A DNA stretch of 64,000 nucleotides, from IMG/VR virus record IMGVR_UViG_3300013005_003552, positions 80,266-144,265 of that record, one strand, 5' to 3'. Shown piece after piece: positions 9,412 to 19,619 of the stretch (the stretch's first letter is position 1; every line of letters begins with the position of its first letter). The position numbers and the translations under genes are program-made. This stretch comes from a virus. The notes under the pieces were generated by a model. The model had not been told where the DNA came from and did not search any database. It was given only the letters and a program-made list of their open reading frames with translations.

Positions 9412-9674
9412 TGTACACCGTTGAAATCTACAAAGCAGACAAGCGCAAGAAGTCAGGCGAGCGTCAGGTGCTCAAGCAGGACTACGACACCAACAACCTC
9501 AGCATGCTGGAGCACACTGTCAAACACACCTGGCTCAAGCGTGATGGCTATCGTTACGAAATCCACAAAACCTTTGTGACCAAGACTAACTTAATGAGTG
9601 GGCAGGAGTTCCAAGAGCGTTATGACCGTCCCTACTACTGCTCACCTTCGAGCGAAACTTATTGGAGCATGTAA
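9411..9674 (+). CDS. Early hypothetical protein
   Basis: GGAG RBS; C-terminal PYYCSPSSETYWSM. Confidence 0.75.
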   Translation: MYTVEIYKADKRKKSGERQVLKQDYDTNNLSMLEHTVKHTWLKRDGYRYEIHKTFVTKTNLMSGQEFQERYDRPYYCSPSSETYWSM

Positions 9675-9676
9675 TC

Positions 9677-9832
9677 ATGACAAAATTTGCCAAACAGGTT
9701 TTGACCCTAGCCGAACAAATAGGTGACCCAACTGGCTTCAGCGAAGAAACCATAGACTACATTGCCTGTGAGTTACAGGTAAGCTATGATGATGTTGAAG
9801 AAGTTTTTGAAGAACTTAGTTTTACTGATTAA
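9677..9832 (+). CDS. Small acidic hypothetical protein (51 aa, not in ORF track)
   Basis: GGAG RBS; MTKFAKQVL...SFTD fills the gap. Confidence 0.6.
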   Translation: MTKFAKQVLTLAEQIGDPTGFSEETIDYIACELQVSYDDVEEVFEELSFTD

Positions 9833-9849
9833 CATTGGAGCACATGAAC

Positions 9850-10536
9850 ATGGCCAAGACCTACAAGATTGAATCTCGCGAACTGGTTGCCCTGGCCTTT
9901 GCGGCTCAGCGTGTGAACGGCGCCATGTACAAAGACACCTCGTTCTTTGACACCGAAAAGGACGCGGTTGTCGAAGTGGTGCCAAACAAGACGCTGATGT
10001 TCAACAGTTTTGCCTTTGAGCCTGGTAGCAATCCAGAACTGGTACCCACAGACGAAGACCGTGCTCAAGCAGATGCTGCCATCACTGCAATCCAGGGAGA
10101 TGTGCTGATCAAGAAGCTGGCAGACCGTCGTGTGAGCGATTTCATATTTTCACTCAGCGAAGCCATCAGCCAGCCCACTTGCACCCAACGTGACTGCGGC
10201 TTGGTTGCGTTTGTGCCCAAGACCTATGCTGGCATGCTAGAGCGCCAGGAAAAAGATGAAGCCAAAATTGGACTGGCCAGTACCAGCGAATACCTGGGCC
10301 GTGTGGGCGAAAAGATCCAATTGGACTTTGCCCTGATTGACAGCAGATACCTTCAGCAGTATAATTGTTACAGTGTAACTGGGCATGACGGCTGCGGCAA
10401 CATGGTCAGCTTCTTGACCGCGCATCAAAATTTGGCAGTCAGCGGGCGCATACAGGGCAAGGTCAAGCGCACCGAAGTCAGCCAGTATCACAATGGTGCT
10501 AAGACCACCCAACTGAATTTTGTAAAAAGGGTTTAA
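9850..10536 (+). CDS. Hypothetical protein with probable C-terminal OB-fold
   Basis: SEYLGRVGEKI...GKVK...TTQLNFVK pattern. Confidence 0.6.
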   Translation: MAKTYKIESRELVALAFAAQRVNGAMYKDTSFFDTEKDAVVEVVPNKTLMFNSFAFEPGSNPELVPTDEDRAQADAAITAIQGDVLIKKLADRRVSDFIFSLSEAISQPTCTQRDCGLVAFVPKTYAGMLERQEKDEAKIGLASTSEYLGRVGEKIQLDFALIDSRYLQQYNCYSVTGHDGCGNMVSFLTAHQNLAVSGRIQGKVKRTEVSQYHNGAKTTQLNFVKRV

Positions 10537-10541
10537 TAGTA

Positions 10542-10934
10542 ATGGAATTTGAAAAAAAAGTACATTGGCAAACTCACACTGGTGATGTAAACGGTCTGTG
10601 GAGCAATGCGGCCAAGGCTGTTACCATCCTTGAGGTATCGTTACGCAATGTCAATGACGAGGGTGATTTTGGCGAACTGTGTGCAAGATTTGACACCAAA
10701 ACCTGGAACTGCAATCAGGACGGTTTAATCTACACAGATGGTATCTGGATCAACGAGTTCCGTGCGCTCATGCGCTCGTTGGGTTTTACTCGCAACGCTG
10801 TGAACGACATCAACTACAGTGAGCAGGGCATGCAAGGCTACAACTTTGTGAGCATGGATGTGGGCCCAGAATTCCTGCGCGAAGTAGAACCCATGTATCG
10901 TTTTACCATCAACAAAGAGGCTATCAATGCTTGA
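10542..10934 (+). CDS. Hypothetical protein
   Basis: 130 aa; GLIYTD, YSEQGMQG. Confidence 0.7.
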   Translation: MEFEKKVHWQTHTGDVNGLWSNAAKAVTILEVSLRNVNDEGDFGELCARFDTKTWNCNQDGLIYTDGIWINEFRALMRSLGFTRNAVNDINYSEQGMQGYNFVSMDVGPEFLREVEPMYRFTINKEAINA

Positions 10935-11214
10935 TTTTAGTGGTTATCATGTTCCCAATCATACACAAACTGCGCTGACAGACTATATTGAGCGTGGTAT
11001 TCCTGTGGGCGGATTCTTGCATGCTGTACTCAGCAACGATCTTTTTGGTGCTGTGGGTCGTGCTGACGCACAAAATTTGCCCGCACTCAAGGACATCACC
11101 GGCTGGATTTTTATGCAGGCTCCACAGGGCAGTTGGGGTAGTGAAGCCCTGGTACTTCGTTGGATACAAGAACATCCTTCAACGAAGTCAAGAGGTCCAA
11201 AAGATATTGCTTAA
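10927..11214 (+). CDS. Hypothetical protein
   Basis: 95 aa; GGFLHAVLSNDL, overlap coupling. Confidence 0.7.
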   Translation: MLDFSGYHVPNHTQTALTDYIERGIPVGGFLHAVLSNDLFGAVGRADAQNLPALKDITGWIFMQAPQGSWGSEALVLRWIQEHPSTKSRGPKDIA

Positions 11215-11246
11215 TTTGCGGTTATCTGTTAAACTTGGTATAAATA
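11207..11246 (+). promoter_or_regulatory. Tandem sigma70-like promoter and perfect T4 late promoter for dnaK
   Basis: TTGCTT-17-TAAACT (11207-11235) then TATAAATA 11239-11246. Confidence 0.6.
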
Positions 11247-11281
11247 TTTGCATGTGGGTGCCCTCGGGGCCCACATGCAAA
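11247..11281 (+). promoter_or_regulatory. dnaK leader hairpin with bulged G
   Basis: TTTGCATGTGGG-TGCCCTCGGGG-CCCACATGCAAA, 12-bp perfect lower stem. Confidence 0.7.
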
Positions 11282-11305
11282 ACCATTTGTTTAAGGAGAT
11301 AAAAA

Positions 11306-13231
11306 ATGGCCAAAATCATAGGTATCGACCTAGGTACCACCAACTCTTGCGTCGCCGTAATGGAAGGCGACAAACCCAAAGTAATTGAAAACTCAGAAGG
11401 CGCCCGTACTACACCTAGTATCGTGGCCTATGCCAACGATGAAATACTGGTGGGTGCCAGTGCCAAGCGCCAGGCAGTGACCAATTCAAAGAACACCATC
11501 TACGCTGCCAAGCGCCTGATTGGTCGTAAATTCAAAGAAGAAGCTGTGCAAAAAGACATCAACATGATGCCTTTCAAAATTGTTGAAGCCAAGAATGGCG
11601 ATGCATGGATCAATGCAAACAACGAAGACCTAGCACCACCGCAAATCTCTGCTGAAGTCCTGCGCAAGATGAAGCAAACAGCAGAAGCCTATCTTGGCCA
11701 CGAAGTCACAGAAGCTGTGATCACGGTGCCTGCTTACTTCAATGACAGCCAGCGTCAAGCAACCAAGGATGCAGGTAAGATTGCAGGTCTAGATGTCAAG
11801 CGCATTATCAATGAGCCCACTGCGGCTGCACTGGCCTATGGTATGGACAAGGCCACAAAGAAAGACGCCAAGGTTGCTGTGTACGACCTAGGCGGTGGTA
11901 CCTTTGATATTTCAATCATTGAAATTGCCAACATTGATGGTGACAAACAGTTTGAAGTGCTTGCCACCAATGGTGATACATTCCTAGGCGGTGAAGACTT
12001 TGATCAACGCATTATGGACTTCCTGGTCGACGAATTCAAGCGTGAGTCAGGTACAGACCTTGCCAAGGATACTTTGGCACTACAACGACTCAAGGATGCA
12101 GCCGAGAAGGCAAAAATTGAACTTTCGTCAAGTGCGCAAACTGAGATTAATTTGCCATATATCACTGCTGACGCCAGTGGGCCAAAACACATGGCTATTA
12201 AACTAAGTCGTAGCAAACTTGAAAGTCTTGTGACAGATCTGGTTGAGCGCAGTATAGAGCCGTGTCGTACTGCTCTCAAGGATGCAGGGCTGGTTGCTGC
12301 CGACATCGACGACATCATACTTGTGGGTGGACAAACTCGCATGCCCATGGTGCAAGGCTATGTGGAAAGTTTCTTTGGCAAGGCTCCACGAAAGGATGTT
12401 AATCCAGACGAGGCAGTTGCCGCAGGTGCTGCCATTCAAGGTGCTGTGTTAGCAGGAGACAAGAAGGATGTGTTGCTACTAGATGTTACACCATTGTCAT
12501 TGGGTATTGAAACACAAGGTGGCATCATGGCCAAGGTAGTTACCAAGAATACAACTATTCCAACCAAACAGACACAGGTGTTTTCAACTGCGGACGACAA
12601 CCAACCAGCAGTAACCATCAAAGTATACCAGGGTGAACGCGAAATGGCACAGCATAACAAACTGCTGGGCGAGTTTAACCTAGAAGGTATTCCAGCGGCA
12701 CCACGCGGTACACCACAAATTGAAGTGGCGTTTGATATTGATGCCAATGGTATTCTCAAGGTTAGTGCCAAGGACAAAAACACAGGCAAGCAAAACAACA
12801 TCACAATCAAGGCCAACTCAGGTTTGAGTGAAGAAGAAATACAGAAAATGGTTGCGGATGCCGAAGCAAATGCAGAAACAGATGCCAAAGCCAAAGAACT
12901 TGCAGAAACCAAGAATGCTGCCGAACATCAGATCTGGGGTGTGGAAAAGAATCTCAAAGAGCACGGCGATAAACTGCAAGATGAACAACGCGAAGCAATC
13001 AAAACTGGCTTGCATGATCTCAAAGAGCTGTTGAAAACAGAAACTGATCCAGATAAAATTACCGAGGCGTTACAAGCATTTGTGCCAAAGAGTATGCCTT
13101 TGTTTGATCTAGTAGGTCAAGCTGAAGCAGAAAAACAAACAGCTGACGCCGAAGAAGTCAAAGCCAAGAAAACTGGCAATGATGAAACAGTGGTAGATGC
13201 TCAGTTCACCGAAGTCAAAGACAACAAGTAA
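11306..13231 (+). CDS. dnaK: Molecular chaperone DnaK (Hsp70)
   Basis: [32 protein letters not shown]; full length. Confidence 0.98.
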   Translation: MAKIIGIDLGTTNSCVAVMEGDKPKVIENSEGARTTPSIVAYANDEILVGASAKRQAVTNSKNTIYAAKRLIGRKFKEEAVQKDINMMPFKIVEAKNGDAWINANNEDLAPPQISAEVLRKMKQTAEAYLGHEVTEAVITVPAYFNDSQRQATKDAGKIAGLDVKRIINEPTAAALAYGMDKATKKDAKVAVYDLGGGTFDISIIEIANIDGDKQFEVLATNGDTFLGGEDFDQRIMDFLVDEFKRESGTDLAKDTLALQRLKDAAEKAKIELSSSAQTEINLPYITADASGPKHMAIKLSRSKLESLVTDLVERSIEPCRTALKDAGLVAADIDDIILVGGQTRMPMVQGYVESFFGKAPRKDVNPDEAVAAGAAIQGAVLAGDKKDVLLLDVTPLSLGIETQGGIMAKVVTKNTTIPTKQTQVFSTADDNQPAVTIKVYQGEREMAQHNKLLGEFNLEGIPAAPRGTPQIEVAFDIDANGILKVSAKDKNTGKQNNITIKANSGLSEEEIQKMVADAEANAETDAKAKELAETKNAAEHQIWGVEKNLKEHGDKLQDEQREAIKTGLHDLKELLKTETDPDKITEALQAFVPKSMPLFDLVGQAEAEKQTADAEEVKAKKTGNDETVVDAQFTEVKDNK

Positions 13232-13237
13232 ACTCAC

Positions 13238-13262
13238 TAAGGGGCTTCGGCCCCTTACTTTT
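13238..13262 (+). terminator. Rho-independent terminator
   Basis: TAAGGGGC-TTCG-GCCCCTTA then CTTTT. Confidence 0.85.
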
Positions 13263-13745
13263 ATGAAAACACTATATTTAGACATGGACGGCGTGGTAGC
13301 CGATTTTGATGAATATGCTGCACGGACTCTTGGGGTACCACCTAGTGCAGGAATCTATCCTGATCAAGTATGGTACAATCTGGCCACGAATGCTAGACTC
13401 TATAGAGATCTTGTCAAGACACCCTATGCCGATGAATTAGTCAACAACTGCAAAGCCATATGTGCCGTTCAGGGCTGGGAACTGATGTTTTTAACTGCGG
13501 TACCTAAAGGCAACGATGTTCCGTGGGCATTCTACGATAAGGTTGTCTGGGCGCAGAATTACTTCCCGGATATTCCAGTTATGTTTGGTCCTTTTAGCAA
13601 GGACAAATGGACACACTGTAAGCCTGGCGATATACTGATTGATGATCGCAAGAGCAATATTGCTGAATGGCGAGCAGCAGGCGGTAACGCAATACATCAT
13701 GTGGATTACGAAACCACCTTGGCTGCGCTGAATCAATTTAGTTAA
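13263..13745 (+). CDS. HAD-family 5'(3')-deoxyribonucleotidase-like protein
   Basis: LYLDMDGVVADF, LTA, ILIDDR. Confidence 0.85.
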   Translation: MKTLYLDMDGVVADFDEYAARTLGVPPSAGIYPDQVWYNLATNARLYRDLVKTPYADELVNNCKAICAVQGWELMFLTAVPKGNDVPWAFYDKVVWAQNYFPDIPVMFGPFSKDKWTHCKPGDILIDDRKSNIAEWRAAGGNAIHHVDYETTLAALNQFS

Positions 13746-14473
13746 ATTTCTTTGTAAATTTTCAACACCTCCAAGACTGCAGGATGTCTATGAATGTCCC
13801 TGCCCGACAATTCAACACCAGCGACATACTGGCTTTGTTTGTACTGTTCAACCAAACGCCTAAAATCCAGTAGTCCGTTGTCTGGATCAGCGCGGTCGGC
13901 CTGACGAGTGTCGCCAGTAACCACAATTTTAGAACCTTCACCTAAACGAGTAAGCAGCATCTTCATTTGCCCTGGTGTGGCGTTTTGCATTTCATCTGCG
14001 ATGATCCATGCGTTCTTAAATGTTCGCCCTCGCATGTATGCCAGTGGAGAAATCTCTATCAATTGGTCTTCTAGCATACGGGTGATTTCTTGTGGTTTAT
14101 AGTACTCCTTTAGAATATCAAAAATAGGTCGAGTCCAAGGCTCCATCTTGGCATTTATATCGCCGGGTAAAAAACCATGTTTTTCGTCATCTACACCCAC
14201 AGCTGGACGAGTGATTATCAACTTGTTTACCTGCCCTGAACGCAAAGCTCTAACCGCTGCTACAACTGCCAACATGGTTTTACCTGTGCCGGCAGGGCCT
14301 GTGGCAAACACGATTTTACGCTCATCGTCTTTGAGTAGATCAATGTAGATTTCTTGATTACGACTTTTTGGAATTAATACCGGATCTTTTCTTTGATAAC
14401 TGTATTCTTTGAAACTTATTGTGTTATCTGCATGGACTGGCTGAAGGGCTAGTCTATTTTTCCTTTTACTCAA
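13742..14473 (-). CDS. phoH: PhoH-like ATPase
   Basis: GPAGTGKT, GFLPGD, YMRGRTF, DEMQN, TGDTRQAD; TTG start at 14473 after AGGAG. Confidence 0.93.
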   Translation of the reverse strand: MSKRKNRLALQPVHADNTISFKEYSYQRKDPVLIPKSRNQEIYIDLLKDDERKIVFATGPAGTGKTMLAVVAAVRALRSGQVNKLIITRPAVGVDDEKHGFLPGDINAKMEPWTRPIFDILKEYYKPQEITRMLEDQLIEISPLAYMRGRTFKNAWIIADEMQNATPGQMKMLLTRLGEGSKIVVTGDTRQADRADPDNGLLDFRRLVEQYKQSQYVAGVELSGRDIHRHPAVLEVLKIYKEI

Positions 14474-14497
14474 GGGTAACTCTCCTGTGATTGATGT

Positions 14498-14555
14498 TGT
14501 AGAGTTTGTCATATTAGCAAGTTAGACTTGCTACACAAGTCTACACAAATATTTA
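14498..14555 (-). promoter_or_regulatory. Structured phoH leader with alternative hairpins and TAAATA promoter
   Basis: IRs 14515-14522/14526-14533 and 14523-14530/14536-14543; outer pair 14498-14503/14540-14545. Confidence 0.5.
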
Positions 14556-14688
14556 CGGACATTCTCTTCACTGGATAAGTGTACTGTTTCTTTTGATAAA
14601 ATAAAGCTAAGTATTAGGCTACCACTGATTTTTTGGTAGATCCAACAACACCTGCGTTCGTTGATAAATACCCGTAGAGGGCTTTATC

Positions 14689-15441
14689 ATGACACCTAAC
14701 AGCAAGTATCATATCATAGTTTGTGCACCGCCAGGCGGACTGGCAAAACAATTAAGTCTGTTGATTGATTACGCAATAAATCGCGCATCCGAAACACCAG
14801 ACTGGGCTGTTCCGGTGTTGCCAGACTACGCAGATAAACAGGATATTTTATTTGCCCAGTCTGTACTGGATGTTAAACAATTACTTGGTTTATTGCATGC
14901 AGAATCTGACATACCAGTTAGATTTTCCAGTTTGCCAGCAGAGACCATTAGACAACAATACAGTAATTGCAAAATCATACAGGTAGTTTGCGACAGACAA
15001 GACTACTTGCAAATGGCCTGGAATCATGTGTACGAAGATCAATTCAAAAGTATGGGGCATTTGTTTGTAGATGATTATTTCATCAACTTTGTAAAAAATG
15101 CTCATAATGATCCAGATTTAGACTTCATTGAGCTACTAAAAGACCCCCAAAGTTACTCAGATCCTAGACTTACTTTATTACTGAACCTGTTGAGTAGAGG
15201 ACACAACATATGGCCCTATGCCATCAGTTATTATCATAATGAAGTGTTTGAAACAGCAAGCCAATCATTCTTACCAATCAGTTTCAAAGAGCTGTGCATT
15301 CCAGAACATGGCAACACTGATGATGCCATTGTTAAAGTTATAAATTTCCTAGGCAATGAAGTTTTACGCAACAATGAAGTTGTAACCAACAGCTGGCGCC
15401 AATTGATGAAGCGTTTGAGCAGCATCGAAAAAACAAAATAA
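14689..15441 (+). CDS. Hypothetical protein
   Basis: 250 aa ORF after TAAATA. Confidence 0.7.
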   Translation: MTPNSKYHIIVCAPPGGLAKQLSLLIDYAINRASETPDWAVPVLPDYADKQDILFAQSVLDVKQLLGLLHAESDIPVRFSSLPAETIRQQYSNCKIIQVVCDRQDYLQMAWNHVYEDQFKSMGHLFVDDYFINFVKNAHNDPDLDFIELLKDPQSYSDPRLTLLLNLLSRGHNIWPYAISYYHNEVFETASQSFLPISFKELCIPEHGNTDDAIVKVINFLGNEVLRNNEVVTNSWRQLMKRLSSIEKTK

Positions 15442-15460
15442 ATATACTACGGAGATAAAA

Positions 15461-16009
15461 ATGCCAGCTTCACTCAAGGACATCATTGAAAATACCAAGG
15501 ACATCTATATGACAGATAGTGCCCTTAATATCTTGCTGGACTTTGAGCGTGTGCTTGATGAATTAGATTTATATGCATTCCGCAACTGGAAAAAAGGCGA
15601 GTTGGTAGAAGGTCCCACTATTGAAAAATATTTTGTAACTTGCATTTTTATGTGGCCTTACAAACTCATGCCAGATCCTCGCGGTGCAGAGCGATTGACA
15701 GAATATGATATTGAAATCCGTTACAAGCGTGAGAGATTAGAATCTCCTCGCCGAGTAAAAAGCCCAGACGACTACGAACCAGGGACCAAATATCCACGCA
15801 TGGATAGCAAACCAATTTGGTTAGTTGAAATGGTCATGCCCAAGAGCCTGATTACAGAAATAAATCAAGGCAGTTTAGAACTAGAAGATGATGTGATTGA
15901 CATGCAGGACGTTGATCAGGCCTACGAAGCAGGTACCGACGATGATGTAAATCGTACAGAAGAAAATCAGAGCAGTGCAGAACAACCTGCCACTGGAGGA
16001 CAAGTATGA
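15461..16009 (+). CDS. Hypothetical phage protein
   Basis: TAAATA + GGAG; acidic tail. Confidence 0.75.
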   Translation: MPASLKDIIENTKDIYMTDSALNILLDFERVLDELDLYAFRNWKKGELVEGPTIEKYFVTCIFMWPYKLMPDPRGAERLTEYDIEIRYKRERLESPRRVKSPDDYEPGTKYPRMDSKPIWLVEMVMPKSLITEINQGSLELEDDVIDMQDVDQAYEAGTDDDVNRTEENQSSAEQPATGGQV

Positions 16010-16536
16010 GTCTTGAATACGGCGATCTAAAACGACTGGTACACGACGAGCTACACATTGACGAGTTTTCAAGCAAACTAGGCGACAACAAAGATGTGGT
16101 AGTAGTGAGCCTTAAGGTAGCAGGTAAAGAACCATGTCAAGATATCTGTGCGTTTGTAGAAAAAGGTTATGACTGGGTGCTTGACGCAGATGTAAGTCCA
16201 GGCGAGTTGGAAGACGGCGCCCATGTAGTGTTTATAGAATTGCCCAGAGACAACAACTGCGTGAAGCATATCTTAGAATTCATGACCGATCTTATGAATC
16301 TCACTGAACAAAAGTTAGAGGACTATAGAGTGAAATACCGTCATCAATCAATAGAGTATCCTCTAGAATTAGAAACACTTGAAAGAGTTATTCCATGCAG
16401 TGCTAAAGAATACAAACGCATGTATAGCAAGCAAGAAATTGACCAATTAAAAACTGCCGCTGGTATCGATGTCGACACCAAGGCACCTAAGAACGATTTT
16501 ACCGAAAGCCTGCGAGTAGCAGCAGGCATACTTTAA
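16006..16536 (+). CDS. Hypothetical phage protein
   Basis: GGAGG RBS, ATGA coupling. Confidence 0.75.
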   Translation: MSLEYGDLKRLVHDELHIDEFSSKLGDNKDVVVVSLKVAGKEPCQDICAFVEKGYDWVLDADVSPGELEDGAHVVFIELPRDNNCVKHILEFMTDLMNLTEQKLEDYRVKYRHQSIEYPLELETLERVIPCSAKEYKRMYSKQEIDQLKTAAGIDVDTKAPKNDFTESLRVAAGIL

Positions 16537-16545
16537 GGAGCAATT

Positions 16546-17175
16546 ATGAGTTTCAAATTTGAATTCACTGAAGCAAAACTTAGACAGATACTGGTTGGAG
16601 CCCCACATGTGGATCAATGGTTCTTGGCCATTCAGGCCATTCTACCTGACTATGAAATTGACACGCCCGAGCGTGTGGCATGCTGGATAGGGCAGACTGC
16701 CCACGAAAGCGGCAACTATAGATTCCTGAGAGAAAATCTAAACTATTCAGCAGAAGGCTTGAACAAAATATTTAAGAAGTATTTCCCCACAGTAGAAAGT
16801 GCCAAGCCTTATGCTCGCAATCCAGAAAAGATTGCCAATAGAGTTTATGCTAGCCGCATGGGCAACGGTGATGAGCGATCAGGCGACGGGTGGAAATACC
16901 GTGGCCGTGGATTGATTCAACTCACTGGCAAAGACAACTACGAAAACTTTGCAATGAGTATTGAAGAAACAGTTGAAGAAACTGTCAAGTTCCTGGAAAC
17001 ATATGAAGGCTCTGTGCAAAGCGCCTGCTGGTTCTGGGAAGCAAACAACCTCAACAACCAAGCTGACAAGATGGATGTGAAACTGTTGACTAGAAAAATC
17101 AACGGCGGTTTCATTGGACTTGAAGATCGTATCAAACACATCACCCATGCCATGCATGTGCTGAAAGGGCACTAA
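16546..17175 (+). CDS. GH19 family endolysin
   Basis: QTAHESG, ENLNYS, YRGRGLIQLTG..NY, TRKINGG. Confidence 0.92.
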   Translation: MSFKFEFTEAKLRQILVGAPHVDQWFLAIQAILPDYEIDTPERVACWIGQTAHESGNYRFLRENLNYSAEGLNKIFKKYFPTVESAKPYARNPEKIANRVYASRMGNGDERSGDGWKYRGRGLIQLTGKDNYENFAMSIEETVEETVKFLETYEGSVQSACWFWEANNLNNQADKMDVKLLTRKINGGFIGLEDRIKHITHAMHVLKGH

Positions 17176-17177
17176 TC

Positions 17178-17711
17178 ATGAGCTGGTCAGCCATAAGTTG
17201 GATGGTCAACTGGTTACCAGATAGTCTGCTCATGTTGGTTTTTTACGGCTGTTTCTTTCTAGGCATTGCTCTAATATTGATCAGCTGGTTTGTAAGTTTC
17301 ATTCCATTCATTAATCAATATCGCTTTCCTACTCAAGTGGTTGGTATTCTAGCCTATGGTCTAGGTGCTTTCATGATTGGTGGTCTGGGCACAGAACTAG
17401 GCTGGCGCGAGCGTGTGGCTGAACTGGAGAAAAAGGTAGCCGAAGCTGAAGTAAAATCTCAACAGGTCAACACTGTGATTCAAACCAAGATAGTGGAAAA
17501 AGTCAAGGTCGTCAAAGAAAAAGGCCAGCAACAGATAGAGTACATTGATCGTGTGGTCAAAGGCGACACAACAGAAATCATCAAAGACATGAGCGATGAA
17601 GAACGCCAAAAGTTCTTGGTCAAACAAAAGGAATTGGAAGATTCTATCAAGAATTTCTCAGTTCCGCAAATTATAGTGGAAGAACTCAATAAGGCCGCTG
17701 AATCAAAATGA
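17178..17711 (+). CDS. Membrane protein with coiled coil, i-spanin-like
   Basis: N-terminal TM helices then coiled coil; directly after endolysin. Confidence 0.55.
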   Translation: MSWSAISWMVNWLPDSLLMLVFYGCFFLGIALILISWFVSFIPFINQYRFPTQVVGILAYGLGAFMIGGLGTELGWRERVAELEKKVAEAEVKSQQVNTVIQTKIVEKVKVVKEKGQQQIEYIDRVVKGDTTEIIKDMSDEERQKFLVKQKELEDSIKNFSVPQIIVEELNKAAESK

Positions 17712-17974
17712 AAACATATTCAATCGTATTTGCCATGTTGCTCACAGGATGTTCCACCACAGTGCCTGTGGTAATGAAATTTCCTGATATTCCCCCTTCG
17801 TTAGATCAAAGCTGTGTCACCTTGGACAAAATCCAAGGTGAAAAAGTCAGCATAGTTGATTTACACAAAACTGTACTAGACAATTATACCAAATATCACG
17901 AGTGTTCAATCAAGGTCGAAGGTTGGTTAGAGTGGTATACCACCCAGAAAAAAATATATGAAAGTTTGAAATGA
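17708..17974 (+). CDS. Lipoprotein, o-spanin-like
   Basis: Lipobox LLTGC, Pro-rich segment, two further Cys. Confidence 0.6.
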   Translation: MKTYSIVFAMLLTGCSTTVPVVMKFPDIPPSLDQSCVTLDKIQGEKVSIVDLHKTVLDNYTKYHECSIKVEGWLEWYTTQKKIYESLK

Positions 17975-18375
17975 AAAAAGTTCTTGCTGTGATATTGTTG
18001 ACCAGTGCGTTATCAGGCTGTGCTGTTTGGGATGCCTATTTCATGGCCAAGTTTGATGTCAATGAATACCAATACATAACTCGGATACGCACACATGCTC
18101 AGCTGGGGATACCAAAATGTGGAACAGATGCTGTGGTTGAACATGTGAAGTACATTCATGTGGTGTCTCAAGAGTACAAGAACTATGCAGAAATGATTCC
18201 ACGCAATGAAAACAGTTTTCAATTGGCCGACACCTTGACAACAATTACTGATGAGTTTTATAAAAGATATCAAGGCGACAAACCGCCCAGTACTGTTTAC
18301 TGCAAGGCAAAATTTGCAGCCATTGAACGCAGTGCAGAAAACATACAAAAAGTAATAGGAGCCAAGCCAAGATGA
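17971..18375 (+). CDS. Lipoprotein of unknown function
   Basis: Lipobox LSGC. Confidence 0.65.
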   Translation: MKKVLAVILLTSALSGCAVWDAYFMAKFDVNEYQYITRIRTHAQLGIPKCGTDAVVEHVKYIHVVSQEYKNYAEMIPRNENSFQLADTLTTITDEFYKRYQGDKPPSTVYCKAKFAAIERSAENIQKVIGAKPR

Positions 18376-18635
18376 AAGCACAAGACATACTAGACAGTGT
18401 GCATGGTACTGAAACACAGGATCCTCGTATGGCGCAGGCTGCTGCCATGCTATCCGAGTATACCATGGAGTTTCAAGCAGGTAGAATGAGCAGCGACGAG
18501 TATCAAGAATTGGTCGCTGACCTGCAGGTAGAAAACTTGATCAATGCACAATGCGACGATCTGGCTGCCAAAGAAAGATTAAATAGTATTTGTTCAGCTG
18601 TGCTAAATGCAGCCAGCTTACTATCCAGCGTATAA
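18372..18635 (+). CDS. Hypothetical protein
   Basis: ATGA coupling, 87 aa. Confidence 0.7.
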   Translation: MKAQDILDSVHGTETQDPRMAQAAAMLSEYTMEFQAGRMSSDEYQELVADLQVENLINAQCDDLAAKERLNSICSAVLNAASLLSSV

Positions 18636-18647
18636 GGTAAAATAATT

Positions 18648-18902
18648 ATGATTACATCATCTCACAAAGACAACCTAGACATGTACCACAACATGGGCGG
18701 GTGGTTAGGCGACATTGGATTCAAGGCAAAGAATCTTGTACGCCTGTTTGAAAGCAAAGAAATGCCAGAACCGGCACTTACTCACATGTTCACAGAAATG
18801 ATGAAAATGACCAGCGTGAATGCCACACCAGACGAAATTCTAAAGAAGGATGATCTCAATGGTGTGTTGTCTGCTATTATTGCAGAAGCACAAACAGTTT
18901 AA
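18648..18902 (+). CDS. Hypothetical protein
   Basis: 84 aa with AAGGT RBS. Confidence 0.65.
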   Translation: MITSSHKDNLDMYHNMGGWLGDIGFKAKNLVRLFESKEMPEPALTHMFTEMMKMTSVNATPDEILKKDDLNGVLSAIIAEAQTV

Positions 18903-18913
18903 GGAGTTTAACA

Positions 18914-19477
18914 ATGGCAATACAAGATTCTATTCTCAAATTAATTAACAAAGAACCCAAAGACGACAATGCCCCAAAGCCAGCTCCGGGCAGTCGCAGC
19001 GAGCGCGAGGCAAAAATCAAAGACAAAGCAGGTATGGTTATTTCTGTATTTGCTTTATTTCTGGCAGTGAATTCCTGGTATGGTGGTAAGTTAAGTTCAA
19101 CAGTGCTTAACAATACCCTGGGAGCCAACAACACCTGGGCCCAGTATCAAGCCAAAGCAAGTCGCGGTGTCAGCTACGAAATCGCTGCCAAAACAACTAG
19201 TGATCCAAAAATCAAAGCACAGTTCATGGCAGAGAAAGAGCGCATGGATGCTGACAAGAAAGAAATTGCTGTCAAAGCAAGAGAAATGGAAGCGGCTCGT
19301 GAAGAAGCCAAGAAGTCTAGTCCATGGATAGGATACGCATCAACTGCATACCAGCTGGCTATTGTGGTGTTGTCTGCTAGCATTTTGGCTGTGAGCACGC
19401 CCATGTTCTGGGGCAGTTTTGTAGTGGCCGCAGCTGGGTTGGCTCTAAGTGCCCAGGGTGTATTTTTATTTCTATAA
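18914..19477 (+). CDS. DUF4337-like membrane protein
   Basis: TM - NNTWAQYQAK - coiled coil - QLAIVVLSAS - TM. Confidence 0.7.
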   Translation: MAIQDSILKLINKEPKDDNAPKPAPGSRSEREAKIKDKAGMVISVFALFLAVNSWYGGKLSSTVLNNTLGANNTWAQYQAKASRGVSYEIAAKTTSDPKIKAQFMAEKERMDADKKEIAVKAREMEAAREEAKKSSPWIGYASTAYQLAIVVLSASILAVSTPMFWGSFVVAAAGLALSAQGVFLFL

Positions 19478-19489
19478 CGGAGGAGTATC

Positions 19490-19606
19490 ATGCTTGAAAC
19501 ATTATTTTGGTTAGCTATTGGTGCATTCATTGGGTGGAATTTTCCTCAGCCCGAATTTGCCAAAACCATACAGACAAAAATTTTAGCAGCATTCAAGAAA
19601 ACATAA
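19490..19606 (+). CDS. Small membrane protein (38 aa, not in ORF track)
   Basis: GGAGGAG RBS; MLETLFWLAIGAFIGWNFPQP. Confidence 0.7.
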   Translation: MLETLFWLAIGAFIGWNFPQPEFAKTIQTKILAAFKKT

Positions 19607-19619
19607 AGGAGCAATCAAA

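Noticed and set aside
11247-11281. CIRCE element or terminator before dnaK
   Set aside because: It does not match TTAGCACTC-N9-GAGTGCTAA and has no U-tract on the + strand; kept as a novel hairpin instead.
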